A stretch of DNA of 64,000 nucleotides. Source: an uncultured Nitrospiraceae bacterium. Lineage in GTDB: Bacteria > Nitrospirota > Thermodesulfovibrionia > Thermodesulfovibrionales > Dissulfurispiraceae. The notes below the pieces were generated by a model, which saw nothing but the letters and a program-made list of their open reading frames with translations, searched no databases and was not told where the DNA came from. The stretch's first letter is position 1. The number at the start of each line of letters is the position of its first letter. Positions 1 through 9,331 of this stretch are shown here, in pieces. A program made the translations under genes and the position numbers. The DNA is taken from NCBI GenBank assembly GCA_963705105.1, contig CAVPIW010000006.1, positions 832,001 to 896,000 on the forward strand, in the 5' to 3' direction.

Positions 1-50
1 TGTGCCACTCACACTCACACTGTTTTGGGCACTGTCACTCACACTATTCC
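1..50. repeat. Tail of a CACTCA/CACTGA hexamer module of the dispersed repeat family (cut by window edge)
   Basis: cactcacactcacactgtttt resembles the hexamer arm at 13907-13940 and 45030-45065. Confidence 0.6.
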
Positions 51-104
51 AGGTTGATTCCTGCTTCTTCGTTGTCATAGAGTAGAATAGTTAAAGGAAG
101 GCCT

Positions 105-1229
105 GTGGCAAAACATCTCGTTCTCGTCGGCGCCGGACACGCCCATCTGATGACCCTGAAAAACCTGCGGGAATTCACCGCAAGGGGACACCGGGTCACC
201 GTGATCAGTGCCGACGCATACCACTATTACTCCGGCATGGGACCGGGGATGCTCTCCGGCATCTACCGGCCCCAGGACATCCGCTTCCACGTAAAGAAGA
301 TGGTCGAGGACCGCGGCGGCCTCTTTGTGGAGGACAGGGTCGTCAGGATCGATCCCGGGGGACGGGTCCTCTCCCTCGCCTCGGGGAATGAGATCACCTA
401 TGATGTCGTCTCTTTCAATACCGGCAGTGATGTCCCCTCAAACCACATCGGCAGTTCCGATGACAGGATTGTCAAAGTCAAACCGATCATCAGCCTCCTG
501 AAGGCACGCAAGAGAATTCTCTCACTGGAACGGACGGGCAGTCTGCATCTCGTCGTTGCAGGGGGAGGCGCCGCAGGAGTCGAAATAGCGGGGAATCTCC
601 AGAGGCTCGTCCATGAAAACGGGATCGCCGCGACGATCACCCTCGTCGCGGGATCGGGCCTGCTCAGAGAGGTCCCCCGAAAGGTCAGGGAAGCCGCACA
701 TAGGTCTCTTGAGAAACGGGGTGTCGAGGTGATCGAGGGCGATCGCGTCCGGTCCCTGCAGGATGGTACCGTTATCCTCGCCGGCGGCAGGACCCTGCCT
801 TCGGACATGCTCTTTCTCGCCCTCGGGGTCATTCCCTCCGCCCTCTTCAGGGAATCGGGAATTCCCACCGGTGAGGACGGGGGACTCCTGGTGAATGATT
901 TCCTGGAGAGCGTCGCTCACCCAGGGCTCTTCGGCGGAGGCGACTGCATCAGCCTCCAAAGCCGGCCTTTGAACAAGGTCGGCGTCTATGCCGTGCGTCA
1001 GAATCCGGTCCTCCTGAGCAATCTCCTTGCGTCGCTCGAGGGAAAGCCCCTCAGCGCCTTCGACCCCGGCGGCGCGTACCTGCTCATCCTGAACATGGGC
1101 AACGGCAAAGGGATCCTATGGAAAAAGGAGTGGGTCCTGCAGGGGAGGATCGCCTTCCTCCTCAAGGACTACATCGACAGGAGGTTCATGAAAACCTATC
1201 AGGTCTCGGGCGAGAGAGATGAACCCTGA
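105..1229 (+). CDS. FAD-dependent pyridine nucleotide-disulfide oxidoreductase (type found as the N-terminal domain of fused SelD proteins)
   Basis: HLVLVGAGHAH FAD motif, YSGMGPG, second Rossmann motif GGGAAGVE, GGGDC, KDYIDRRFM C-terminus; GTG start with AAGGAAGG RBS. Confidence 0.85.
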   Translation: MAKHLVLVGAGHAHLMTLKNLREFTARGHRVTVISADAYHYYSGMGPGMLSGIYRPQDIRFHVKKMVEDRGGLFVEDRVVRIDPGGRVLSLASGNEITYDVVSFNTGSDVPSNHIGSSDDRIVKVKPIISLLKARKRILSLERTGSLHLVVAGGGAAGVEIAGNLQRLVHENGIAATITLVAGSGLLREVPRKVREAAHRSLEKRGVEVIEGDRVRSLQDGTVILAGGRTLPSDMLFLALGVIPSALFRESGIPTGEDGGLLVNDFLESVAHPGLFGGGDCISLQSRPLNKVGVYAVRQNPVLLSNLLASLEGKPLSAFDPGGAYLLILNMGNGKGILWKKEWVLQGRIAFLLKDYIDRRFMKTYQVSGERDEP

Positions 1230-1249
1230 GTAATAGATGGAGGTGAAAC

Positions 1250-2092
1250 ATGGGAATTCTGGATTATTTCAAACCCGTCGAAACGATGACACCCGACAAG
1301 GTGAAAGAATTTCTCCGCCTGAAAAATCCCGATGACTACAATCTCATCGATGTGCGCCAGCCCCATGAGTACGAGCGAGGACATCTTCCCGGGGCGAAGC
1401 TGATTCCAGTGGGCGAACTCAGCGGCCGCATGGGAGAGCTCGATCCGCACAAGCCGACGGTCACCTATTGAGCGTCGGGGCTCCGCAGCAGGGCTGCTGC
1501 GGCAACACTGAAGGGCGCGGGATTCGACGACGCCTTCAGCATGGAGGGAGGAATCAAGGCATGGCAGGGTCTGGTGGCGACAGGCGTGCCGGAAGCAGGG
1601 ATGGCCTATTTCAAAGGAACGGAAAACCCGGAAGAGCTGATCGCCCTCGCCTGGTCCCTCGAAGAGGGGACGAGGAGATTCTACAGCGACCTGGCAAAGA
1701 CACTGTCTGACGAAGAGGCGGCGCGGCTGTTCAGAAACCTGACCATCGCCGAAGAGCACCATAAAGCGTCCCTTCTCGGCGTTCTCAGGGACATCACGAA
1801 CCGGGAGCCACAGGCGGATTTCCCGGGCGCCCTCTTTGCCGGCGAGGTCGGCGAGATCATGGAGGGAGGCGTCTCCGTCGCCAAGGCGATCGAATGGGCT
1901 GGGGGAAAACCGGCATCGGACGCCCTTGACCTGTCCGTGTCACTGGAGACGAACGCTTACGACCTTTACCTGAAGATGATGGCTGCCATGAAAGACGAAC
2001 GGGCCGCGAAGGTTTTCCGGGTCCTTGCGGACGAAGAGAAGGCGCACCTTAACCGCCTCTCAGCACTTCTTGAGAAAAGACTGAGCACGTGA
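1250..2092 (+). CDS. Rhodanese / ferritin-rubrerythrin-like fusion selenoprotein (Sec at TGA 1469-1471)
   Basis: ORFs 1250..1471 and 1541..2092 share a frame; read-through gives VTY-U-ASGLRSRAAA, the rhodanese active-site loop; ExxH motifs (EEHH, EKAH) downstream; GGAGG RBS. Confidence 0.88.
1483..1502 (+). promoter_or_regulatory. Candidate bacterial SECIS hairpin
   Basis: CCGCAGCA-GGGC-TGCTGCGG, perfect 8-bp stem, G-initiated loop ~20 nt after the UGA. Confidence 0.7.
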
Positions 2093-2124
2093 TCGCGCAT
2101 TATTGCGGCTGTTGGGCAAGGTAG

Positions 2125-2335
2125 CCTTATCGTTGCAACACACTCCCAGGAAAGGAGGGGTGTATGCGCCGAAAACCTTGCTGCGGTGACACCTGTATCA
2201 AAACGAAAGACGAACTTAAGCCAATGGTCGATGACACAAAGAGTGGAATCCTGAAACACGAAGCTGACAATGCGTATCGTCGCCTTCAGCAAGGCTTTGA
2301 GGCGCTTCACCCCGCCTTTTTATGCAACTACAGGG
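2125..2335 (+). repeat. Modular palindromic element, family 1 (arms LA+RA)
   Basis: CCTTATCGTTGCA...AAAGGAGGGG left end and CCCCGCCTTTTTATGCAAC right end; near-identical to 53161-53368. Confidence 0.9.
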
Positions 2336-2340
2336 GTAAG

Positions 2341-3045
2341 CTAAGGGACTTCCCCCTCCTCCCACCGTATCTCCTCGATGCCCTCGATCTCGCCGATCCG
2401 CCTCACGACCTTCGGCCAGGGCATGTTGTCCTTGCTGTTGATGCGGAGGCGATACGTTGTGGTGCCGGCCGTAAAATCTTTGGAGAAATTGACGAACTGG
2501 ATCGAGAAGCCCGGGTATTCGGAGAGGATTTCCCTGATCCTCCTGATCGTCGAAGCGGACTCCCGGGAGCGGACGGTAAGGATCGTATACTCGTCTCTCG
2601 GGAAAATGGTCTTGAGCCGCCTGAAGCGGTACAGCAGGAGAACGCTGATGAGGGTCGTGCAGACCGCCGGGATTATATAATTGGCGCCGACGGAGAGGCC
2701 GACACCCGTCACGAGCCAGAGTCCCGCCGCCGTGGTTAGGCCGCGGATCGTTCCCTTGCCCTTGATGATCGCCCCGGCCCCGAGAAAACCGATGCCCGCA
2801 ATGGCATAGGAGGCGATCCTGCCCGGATCGAGACGCACGACGGACTGGCTCACATCGAGGGCGCGGTACATCGCTTCCATATTGAGAGAAAGAAGCATGA
2901 TGAGACAGGAGCCGACGCAGACAAGGGTGTAGGTGCGGAGGCCCGCGGCCTGTCCGTGGGTCTCCCGTTCGAAGCCGATGGCCCCGCCGAGAAGAGCGGC
3001 AAGTAAAAGCTTCGATGCGTCAAAAAGGGCGCCGTGCCAGTCCAT
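2341..3045 (-). CDS. mgtC: MgtC/SapB family membrane protein
   Basis: IGFERE...AGLRT...DPGRIA...GIGFLGAG...GLTTAAGLW signature. Confidence 0.9.
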   Translation of the reverse strand: MDWHGALFDASKLLLAALLGGAIGFERETHGQAAGLRTYTLVCVGSCLIMLLSLNMEAMYRALDVSQSVVRLDPGRIASYAIAGIGFLGAGAIIKGKGTIRGLTTAAGLWLVTGVGLSVGANYIIPAVCTTLISVLLLYRFRRLKTIFPRDEYTILTVRSRESASTIRRIREILSEYPGFSIQFVNFSKDFTAGTTTYRLRINSKDNMPWPKVVRRIGEIEGIEEIRWEEGEVP

Positions 3046-3188
3046 TAAGCAATAACCTCTCCCTGCCCTTTGGTGTTATGGAACACTATCATCAAGTATA
3101 TCAAAAAACATTACCCCTGAAAACCTTATAACCGGAAAATGCGGCCCGTTGATAAAACAAAATCGCTTTCTGCATAAATTGTGTCCGA

Positions 3189-3217
3189 TTGACGAAGCCT
3201 CATTCCCGTGCTATGCT
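3189..3217 (+). promoter_or_regulatory. Sigma70-type promoter, probably giving a leaderless pdhA mRNA
   Basis: TTGACG-17 nt-TATGCT with extended TG; ATG at 3224 is 6 nt downstream; no SD. Confidence 0.55.
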
Positions 3218-3223
3218 TTATGC

Positions 3224-4282
3224 ATGCCGGAACGTATTGTCGGAATCATGCCAGCGTCATGTTCCTCTCCGATCCTCGATGAGAACGGCACCGTCGATGA
3301 TGCACTCATGCCGTCGCTCACGGACGATGATGTTAAGCGCTCCTATGAGCTCATGGTCCTTTCGCGGACCTTTGACCAGCGAGCCCTGAGCCTCCAGCGT
3401 GAAGGCAGGCTCGGCACCTATGCTTCGATCCTCGGTCAGGAAGCCTCGCAGATCGGCAGCGCCCTGGCAATCAGGAAGAGCGACTGGATATTTCCCTCGT
3501 TCCGGGAGATGGCCGTCTACATAACCATGGGATATCCCCTCCACATGCTCTTCCAGTATTGGACCGGAGACGAGAGGGGCATTGCGCCGCCGCAGGACCT
3601 CAACATCTTTCCCCTCTGCATACCCGTGGGCACCCAGGTGCCCCACGCGACAGGCGCCGCCATGGCGCTGCAATACCGGGCAGAAGAAAATGCCGTTGCC
3701 TGCTATTTCGGTGACGGCGGCACATCGAAAGGCGATTTTCACGAAGGCTTCAATATGGCCGGGGTCTACCGGCTGCCCGTCGTCTATATCTGCCAGAACA
3801 ACCAGTGGGCGATTTCCGTCCCGAGGGAGCGCCAGACCGCATCGAAAACCCTGGCCCAAAAAGCCTTCGCCTATGGATTCGAGGGTGTCCAGGTGGACGG
3901 GAACGACATCTTTGCCGTCTACCTCGCAACGGACAGGGCGATGAAAAAGGCGCGTTCCGGAGGCGGCCCGACGTTCATCGAGTGTTTCACTTACCGGATG
4001 TCGGATCACACGACGGCTGACGATGCGTCACGCTACCGGAACGTTGACGAGGTCGAGCGATGGAAAGAGAAGGACCCCCTTGCACGTCTGCGCCTCTTCC
4101 TGGAAAAGCGGGGTCTCATGACGGAACAGTTCGAACAGGACGTCCACAGGACAGCGAAAGAGACCGTTGACGAAGCGGTGCGGAAGGCGGAGCAGATAGA
4201 GCGGCCCGACCCGTCGGACATGTTCACGTATACCTACGACAAGCTGACACCGCGGCAGGAAAGACAGATCAGGGACATCTGA
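3224..4282 (+). CDS. pdhA: 2-oxoacid (pyruvate) dehydrogenase E1 alpha subunit
   Basis: LQREGRLGTY, GQEA, TPP-binding GDG...NN motif, HTTADD; start moved to ATG 3224. Confidence 0.92.
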   Translation: MPERIVGIMPASCSSPILDENGTVDDALMPSLTDDDVKRSYELMVLSRTFDQRALSLQREGRLGTYASILGQEASQIGSALAIRKSDWIFPSFREMAVYITMGYPLHMLFQYWTGDERGIAPPQDLNIFPLCIPVGTQVPHATGAAMALQYRAEENAVACYFGDGGTSKGDFHEGFNMAGVYRLPVVYICQNNQWAISVPRERQTASKTLAQKAFAYGFEGVQVDGNDIFAVYLATDRAMKKARSGGGPTFIECFTYRMSDHTTADDASRYRNVDEVERWKEKDPLARLRLFLEKRGLMTEQFEQDVHRTAKETVDEAVRKAEQIERPDPSDMFTYTYDKLTPRQERQIRDI

Positions 4283-4283
4283 A

Positions 4284-5246
4284 ATGGCGAAAATCAACAT
4301 GGTCCAGGCGGTCAATCTCGCCCTCCGCGAAGAGATGGAGCGCGATGGGACAGTCGTGCTGATGGGAGAGGATGTGGGCAGGGACGGCGGTGTTTTTCGG
4401 ACCTCCGATGGGCTTTTCGATCTCTTCGGACCCAGGAGGGTCATCGATACACCCCTTGCGGAGTCGGGGATCGCCGGCGTCGCCGTCGGGATGGCCGTCT
4501 GCGGCCTGAAACCCGTGGCCGAGATCCAATTCATGGGGTTCATCTACCCTGCCATCGACCAGATCTTCTCCCACGCCGCGCGGATCCGCTCCCGTTCCCG
4601 GGGCAGATTCACCTGCCCCCTCGTCGTAAGGACCCCTTACGGCGCCGGCATCAAGGCGCCGGAACTCCATTCCGAGAGCACCGAGGCCCTTTTTTGCCAC
4701 ATGCCCGGCATCAAGGTCGTCATCCCGTCGACTCCCTACCATGCCAAAGGCCTTCTCATTTCCGCCATCAGGGACCCCGATCCCGTCATCTTCCTCGAGC
4801 CGACGAGGGCATACCGTCTCTTTCGCGAAGACGTGCCGGAAGGAGACTATGCCGTCCCCCTTGGAAAGGCCAGGATGGTGCAGGAGGGGCGCGAGATCAC
4901 CGTCATCGCCTGGGGAAGCATGCTCCACAGGACCCTTGAGGCCGTCGAAGGATTCGACTGCGACGTTATCGACATGATGACTCTTTCTCCATTCGACGAA
5001 GAAGCGGTCCTCTCGTCGGTGAAAAAGACGGGGCGGGTCGTCATCGTTCACGAAGCGGCCAAGTCCTGCGGGTTCGGCGCGGAGCTCTCGGCCACCATCG
5101 CCGAGGAAGCCATCCTGCACCTGAAGGCCCCCATTCTCAGGGTCACCGGTTTCGACGTCGTCATTCCCCTGCCCAAGCTCGAAGATTACTACATCCCCAC
5201 CGTCACACGTATCAGGAGATCCCTCGCAGAGGTCATGAAATACTGA
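4284..5246 (+). CDS. pdhB: 2-oxoacid (pyruvate) dehydrogenase E1 beta subunit
   Basis: GEDVG..GGVF, DTPLAE, EIQF, ELHSES motifs; directly follows E1 alpha. Confidence 0.92.
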   Translation: MAKINMVQAVNLALREEMERDGTVVLMGEDVGRDGGVFRTSDGLFDLFGPRRVIDTPLAESGIAGVAVGMAVCGLKPVAEIQFMGFIYPAIDQIFSHAARIRSRSRGRFTCPLVVRTPYGAGIKAPELHSESTEALFCHMPGIKVVIPSTPYHAKGLLISAIRDPDPVIFLEPTRAYRLFREDVPEGDYAVPLGKARMVQEGREITVIAWGSMLHRTLEAVEGFDCDVIDMMTLSPFDEEAVLSSVKKTGRVVIVHEAAKSCGFGAELSATIAEEAILHLKAPILRVTGFDVVIPLPKLEDYYIPTVTRIRRSLAEVMKY

Positions 5247-5349
5247 GGTGCCGGGACGATGACAGTCCTTGCCGATCATCGCGTCACCGGTATGACTTGA
5301 CAGACCCGTTAAATCTTTACATTCTATTAGGTGGGAGGTTCCGAAGCAA

Positions 5350-5484
5350 AATTTACAGAGACGGGGGAGAAGCGCTCTGAAAACAGTGACAGTGTGAGTG
5401 TGAGTGTCGGTGTCACTGCCGCTGCCTCCGGGAAGGCAGATATGGTTCAACACCTTTCCAATGCGATGATGAGACATCGTAAGG
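5350..5484 (-). repeat. Partial family 1 element (hexamer arm plus ~70-bp module shared with 26125-26252)
   Basis: Reverse complement matches gatgtctcatcatcgcattggaaagg..tgaaccatatctgccttcccggag..agcgg.agtgacac...ctgttttcagagcgcttc. Confidence 0.85.
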
Positions 5485-5501
5485 AATGATGAATGATATC
5501 T

Positions 5502-5746
5502 CACTCGTGTCCAGAATAGCGAACAGCGAGACCTTAAAAACGAGAATAGGGTTTGGTTTCTGAAGCAAAATTCACGGGTAACGTGAACGGCGGCGGGAGC
5601 CGAAGGCGCAAGCCGCAGCGGGAGCCGCACAGTGTACCGGAGAAGGCAATAGTTTTCATAACAAACGCATACACATGAGAAGAGGGAGTTTATTTTGCGA
5701 AGAAATCATGCCCTATTCTCGTGTCAGATTATTTTGGACACCAGTG
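5502..5746. repeat. MITE-like element, family 2 (nested inverted repeats)
   Basis: Inner IR ACGAGAATAGGGTTTGGTTTCTGAAGCAAAAT / ATTTTGCGAAGAAATCATGCCCTATTCTCGT; outer IR CACTCGTGTCCAGAATA / TATTTTGGACACCAGTG; second copy at 22720-22938. Confidence 0.85.
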
Positions 5747-5774
5747 TCGTATCTTATCAGGAAAGGAATGACCC

Positions 5775-7022
5775 GTGTCACTGAAAAGGGGAATGATCGC
5801 TCTCATGGGCTCCGGTGAACTGACCGCCACGATGGTGGAGGTTCACAAGGAGATCCTGGGCCGGTACGAAAACCCGAAAGCTGTATTCCTGGACACGCCG
5901 GCAGGGTTTCAGCTCAACGTCGGCCATTTGTCACAAAGGGCCGTCGAGTATTTCCGTGCAAGCATCGGGTACCCCATGAAAGTGGCTTCCTTCAAGTCGA
6001 GAGACATCGGCGAACTCGACGCGGAACAGGCCTTCAGCTCTCTCCGCGAGGCGGACTACATCCTCGTCGGTCCCGGAAGCCCCACCTATGCAGTGCTTCA
6101 GTGGAGGGGCTCCTCTGTACCCGAGATCCTGTTGCGCCGCATCGAAAAGGGCGCCTGCCTTGTGGCTGCAAGCGCCGCAGCCCTCACAACGGGCCGGTTC
6201 ACCCTTCCGGTGTATGAGATCTACAAGGTCGGCGAGGACCTGCACTGGACTGAGGGACTCGACATACTCGGGCACTTCGGGTTCAACCTGGTCGTCATCC
6301 CGCACTGGAACAACACCGAAGGCGGCACCCATGACACGCGGTTCTGCTTCATGGGAGAAAACCGCTTCAGATCACTGGAGGCGCTCCTGACCGATGATGT
6401 CGCGGTCCTCGGGCTCGACGAGCACACAGCCTGCCTCATCGACCTTGACAGGGACGAGTTCAGCGTCAGGGGGACCGGGACGGTCACGTTACGGTATTCA
6501 GGGACGGAACGGGTCTTTCACAGGGGCGACCACCTGCCTCTTCAGATTCTCAGGGCGCTCGAGGTCACGGGCACTTCGCACCCTACGGCAAAGGGGGTCG
6601 GGACGGAGGGAGTCGTCGTCGCCGGTGAGAAGGACTTCTGGGACGGCATCCATGCCCTTGAGAAAGCCTTCCATGAGGGCCTGGAAACGGACGCCAGGGA
6701 TGCCGCCAACGCCATCCTTGCAATGGACAGCGCCATATGGAAGGCACAGCATGACGGGGACCATCCCGATGCAATTTCACCGGCGCGGGAACTGCTCCGG
6801 GAGCTCGTCGTCCTTCTCGGCACGAGACTCGCCGCGTCGGCGGGTGTGTGCCGGGATTGCCTCAGTCCCCTTGTCGACGAATTACTCTCCCTTCGCGCCT
6901 CTTTCCGTGAAAGGAGCCTGTGGGCTGAGGCGGACGCGCTCCGTGATTGCCTCAAGAGGGCGCGAATCGAAGTGGACGATACGCCGGAAGGCTCCCGATG
7001 GAGGATGGGGGAGGGACTATGA
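5775..7022 (+). CDS. Peptidase S51 / class I GATase-fold protein fused to a C-terminal cysteinyl-tRNA synthetase anticodon-binding-like domain
   Basis: GPGSP, nucleophile elbow AASAAA, IPHWNN, GLDEHT; C-terminus LRASFRERSLWAEADALRDCL...IEVDDTPEGSRW resembles the CysRS C-terminus. Confidence 0.75.
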   Translation: MSLKRGMIALMGSGELTATMVEVHKEILGRYENPKAVFLDTPAGFQLNVGHLSQRAVEYFRASIGYPMKVASFKSRDIGELDAEQAFSSLREADYILVGPGSPTYAVLQWRGSSVPEILLRRIEKGACLVAASAAALTTGRFTLPVYEIYKVGEDLHWTEGLDILGHFGFNLVVIPHWNNTEGGTHDTRFCFMGENRFRSLEALLTDDVAVLGLDEHTACLIDLDRDEFSVRGTGTVTLRYSGTERVFHRGDHLPLQILRALEVTGTSHPTAKGVGTEGVVVAGEKDFWDGIHALEKAFHEGLETDARDAANAILAMDSAIWKAQHDGDHPDAISPARELLRELVVLLGTRLAASAGVCRDCLSPLVDELLSLRASFRERSLWAEADALRDCLKRARIEVDDTPEGSRWRMGEGL

Positions 7023-8044
7023 GCCCGTGCGCAAAATCAGCAGCAATGTTGGCCGAAGCCCCCGCCCGGGGGATTGTCACCGTCGAGTCGTTCGAAGCGC
7101 TCGATCGTTATTACAATGACAAGGCGTCTCCGCTGAACTGGGACTGCGTCTTTGTCCTGCCCCCCTGGATCAGGGCCTGGTGGCCCCTCTTCGGAAAGCA
7201 CAGGGAATCTTACATGGCCGTCGTGCGGCATCAGGACAGGGTCACCGGCATCGCGCCGCTTATGGTCTCGGGAGATACGGTGCGTCTCGTGGGATGCAGC
7301 GACCTCACCGATTACGGGGATTTCATCGTCGCCCCCGGGCAGGGACCGCGATTTTTCAGGACTCTCCTCGAACACCTCCGGTCCGAAGGGTTCAGGCGGC
7401 TCGATACGGGACGCATGCGCGCCGATGCCCCGACAATCGGGGAACTGGAGGCACAGGCCTGCAGGGCCGGAATGGACGTCTGCTGTGAGCGTGCCGACGT
7501 GCTGTACGAGATGGCGCTGCCGGCGACGTGGGATGATTACCTTTCATTCCTGTCCGGAAAGGAACGCCACGAAGTGCGGCGCAAGCTGCGACGCCTCCAC
7601 AGGGCGGGAGAGATCTCCCTCAGGGTCGTCGAAGACCGGAACGACGTGCCGGAGGCCATCGCCTCCTTTATGGAGCTTTTCAGAATGAACACCCCCGAGA
7701 AGGTCCGTTTCATGACGGCCCGCAAAGAGACCTTTTTCCGCCGTCTCGCAGGCGAGATGGCAAGGGCCGGTCTCCTGAAACTCTTTTTTCTCGATTTGGA
7801 GGGCTCTGCGGTTGCGGCGACGATGTGCTTCGATCACCGCTCCACCGTATATCTTTACAACAACGGATATGACAGCCGTTTCAGCGATCTCAGCGTGGGA
7901 CTCCTCTGCAAGATCGACAGCATACGCGAAAGCATCGGCCTCGGCAGGAAGTCCTTCAATTTCCTCCGGGGAGCGGAACCCTACAAACAACGACTCGGCG
8001 GCTCTCCTCTGGAGCTCCTGCGATGCCATGTCATCCTGAACTGA
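7019..8044 (+). CDS. GNAT-fold protein, CelD/BcsL (FemAB-like) type
   Basis: LPATWDDYL..LSGKERHEVRRKLRRL, LYNNGYD, FNFLRGAEPYK; ATG overlaps upstream stop (ATGA). Confidence 0.85.
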   Translation: MSPCAKSAAMLAEAPARGIVTVESFEALDRYYNDKASPLNWDCVFVLPPWIRAWWPLFGKHRESYMAVVRHQDRVTGIAPLMVSGDTVRLVGCSDLTDYGDFIVAPGQGPRFFRTLLEHLRSEGFRRLDTGRMRADAPTIGELEAQACRAGMDVCCERADVLYEMALPATWDDYLSFLSGKERHEVRRKLRRLHRAGEISLRVVEDRNDVPEAIASFMELFRMNTPEKVRFMTARKETFFRRLAGEMARAGLLKLFFLDLEGSAVAATMCFDHRSTVYLYNNGYDSRFSDLSVGLLCKIDSIRESIGLGRKSFNFLRGAEPYKQRLGGSPLELLRCHVILN

Positions 8045-9318
8045 ACGTTCATCCGCCTCCGGCGCCGGCCCGCGGTTTTGCCGGACTGACAGGCCCGTTC
8101 CCTGACAGAAGCCTCAGGATCGCCATGCTCAGCCTTCATTCAAGCCCCCTCGGCGAACTGGGGACCCTGGATACAGGGGGCATGAGCGTGTACATCAGGG
8201 AGCTCGCTCTGGAACTCGGCAAGGCCGGGCACTTTGTTGACATCTTCACCTGTGCCGGCAACGGACGACCCCTCACGGATCTCTCGGACCATGTCCGCCT
8301 GATTCGCCTGCCTGTCGATGCAGGTACTGACATGACGAAGACTTCTCTTTTCCCGTATCTGCCGGACGTCTTCGGTTCCCTTGACGATTATGCGGCCCGG
8401 GAAACGCAGCGATATGACCTGATTCACAGCCACTACTGGATGTCCGCGTGGGTCGGTCACCTGGCCCGTGAGCGCTGGCATATCCCCCATGTCATTACCT
8501 TTCACACAACCGGCCTGGCAAAACAGGTCGTCTGCGCCGACGAACGGGAACCGGAGGAGCGCATGAGCTCGGAAAGAAGGCTCGCCGGCCTCGCTGACCG
8601 GATCGTCGCTTCGACGGCGCGGGAGAAGAATTTCCTCAGCCGTTCATTCAGCTTACCCCCTGAAAGTATCGGCATCGTGCCCTGCGGTGTGAATCCGGAG
8701 CAGTTTCGTCCCATCAGCAGGGACGTTGCGCGTAGTGAAGCAGGGTTTCTGGACAACAATTCCATCGTGCTGTATGTGGGACGGTTCGCGCCTGTCAAGG
8801 GAATGGACCGGCTCCTGGCCGCCATGAGCCACCTGCGCCGCCGCCGCGGCCTCAGGCTCGTCATCGCCGGCGGTGACGGTCAGGAAAGCCGGGAGGCCCT
8901 GGAATTCCGGAGACTTGCGAAACGGTTTTCCATCGCCGATATCGTCCTGTTCCGGGGCAGGATAGACCATGACCGCCTTCCTGTCCATTATAACAGCGCC
9001 GACGTCCTCGTCGTTCCCTCCTACTCGGAAAGCTTCGGTCTCGTGGCCCTTGAATCCCTGGCCTGCGGGACCCCTGTTGTCGCCACTCCCGTCGGCGCCA
9101 TGGACGAAATCATCCGGGAAGGCTGCAACGGGACCGTCGTGAACCCGCCGACGCCCCGCTCAATGGCAACGGCGATCGAGAGGTTCATCGTCCCGGGCGG
9201 CAGAGACGACGCGTCGAAGGAACGGATACGGGCGTCGGTCCTGAGCTACGGGTGGGACCGGGCGGCGGCTGCCATGGAGCGGGAGTACACAGCGGTCCTC
9301 AGATTGCGGACCGGTTGA
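8023..9318 (+). CDS. GT4 glycosyltransferase, MshA-like (start uncertain)
   Basis: SLHSSPLGELGTLDTGGMSVYI, HSHYW, ESFGLVALESLACGTPVVA. Confidence 0.85.
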   Translation: MPCHPELNVHPPPAPARGFAGLTGPFPDRSLRIAMLSLHSSPLGELGTLDTGGMSVYIRELALELGKAGHFVDIFTCAGNGRPLTDLSDHVRLIRLPVDAGTDMTKTSLFPYLPDVFGSLDDYAARETQRYDLIHSHYWMSAWVGHLARERWHIPHVITFHTTGLAKQVVCADEREPEERMSSERRLAGLADRIVASTAREKNFLSRSFSLPPESIGIVPCGVNPEQFRPISRDVARSEAGFLDNNSIVLYVGRFAPVKGMDRLLAAMSHLRRRRGLRLVIAGGDGQESREALEFRRLAKRFSIADIVLFRGRIDHDRLPVHYNSADVLVVPSYSESFGLVALESLACGTPVVATPVGAMDEIIREGCNGTVVNPPTPRSMATAIERFIVPGGRDDASKERIRASVLSYGWDRAAAAMEREYTAVLRLRTG

Positions 9319-9331
9319 AAGGAGGAGGACA

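Noticed and set aside
2164..2739. ORFs starting in repeats (also 1966..2310, 13791..14093, 22663..22902, 44898..45362)
   Set aside because: They are made of repeat sequence and/or overlap real genes on another strand or frame; they show TLTLTL/DTDTH low complexity and no RBS.
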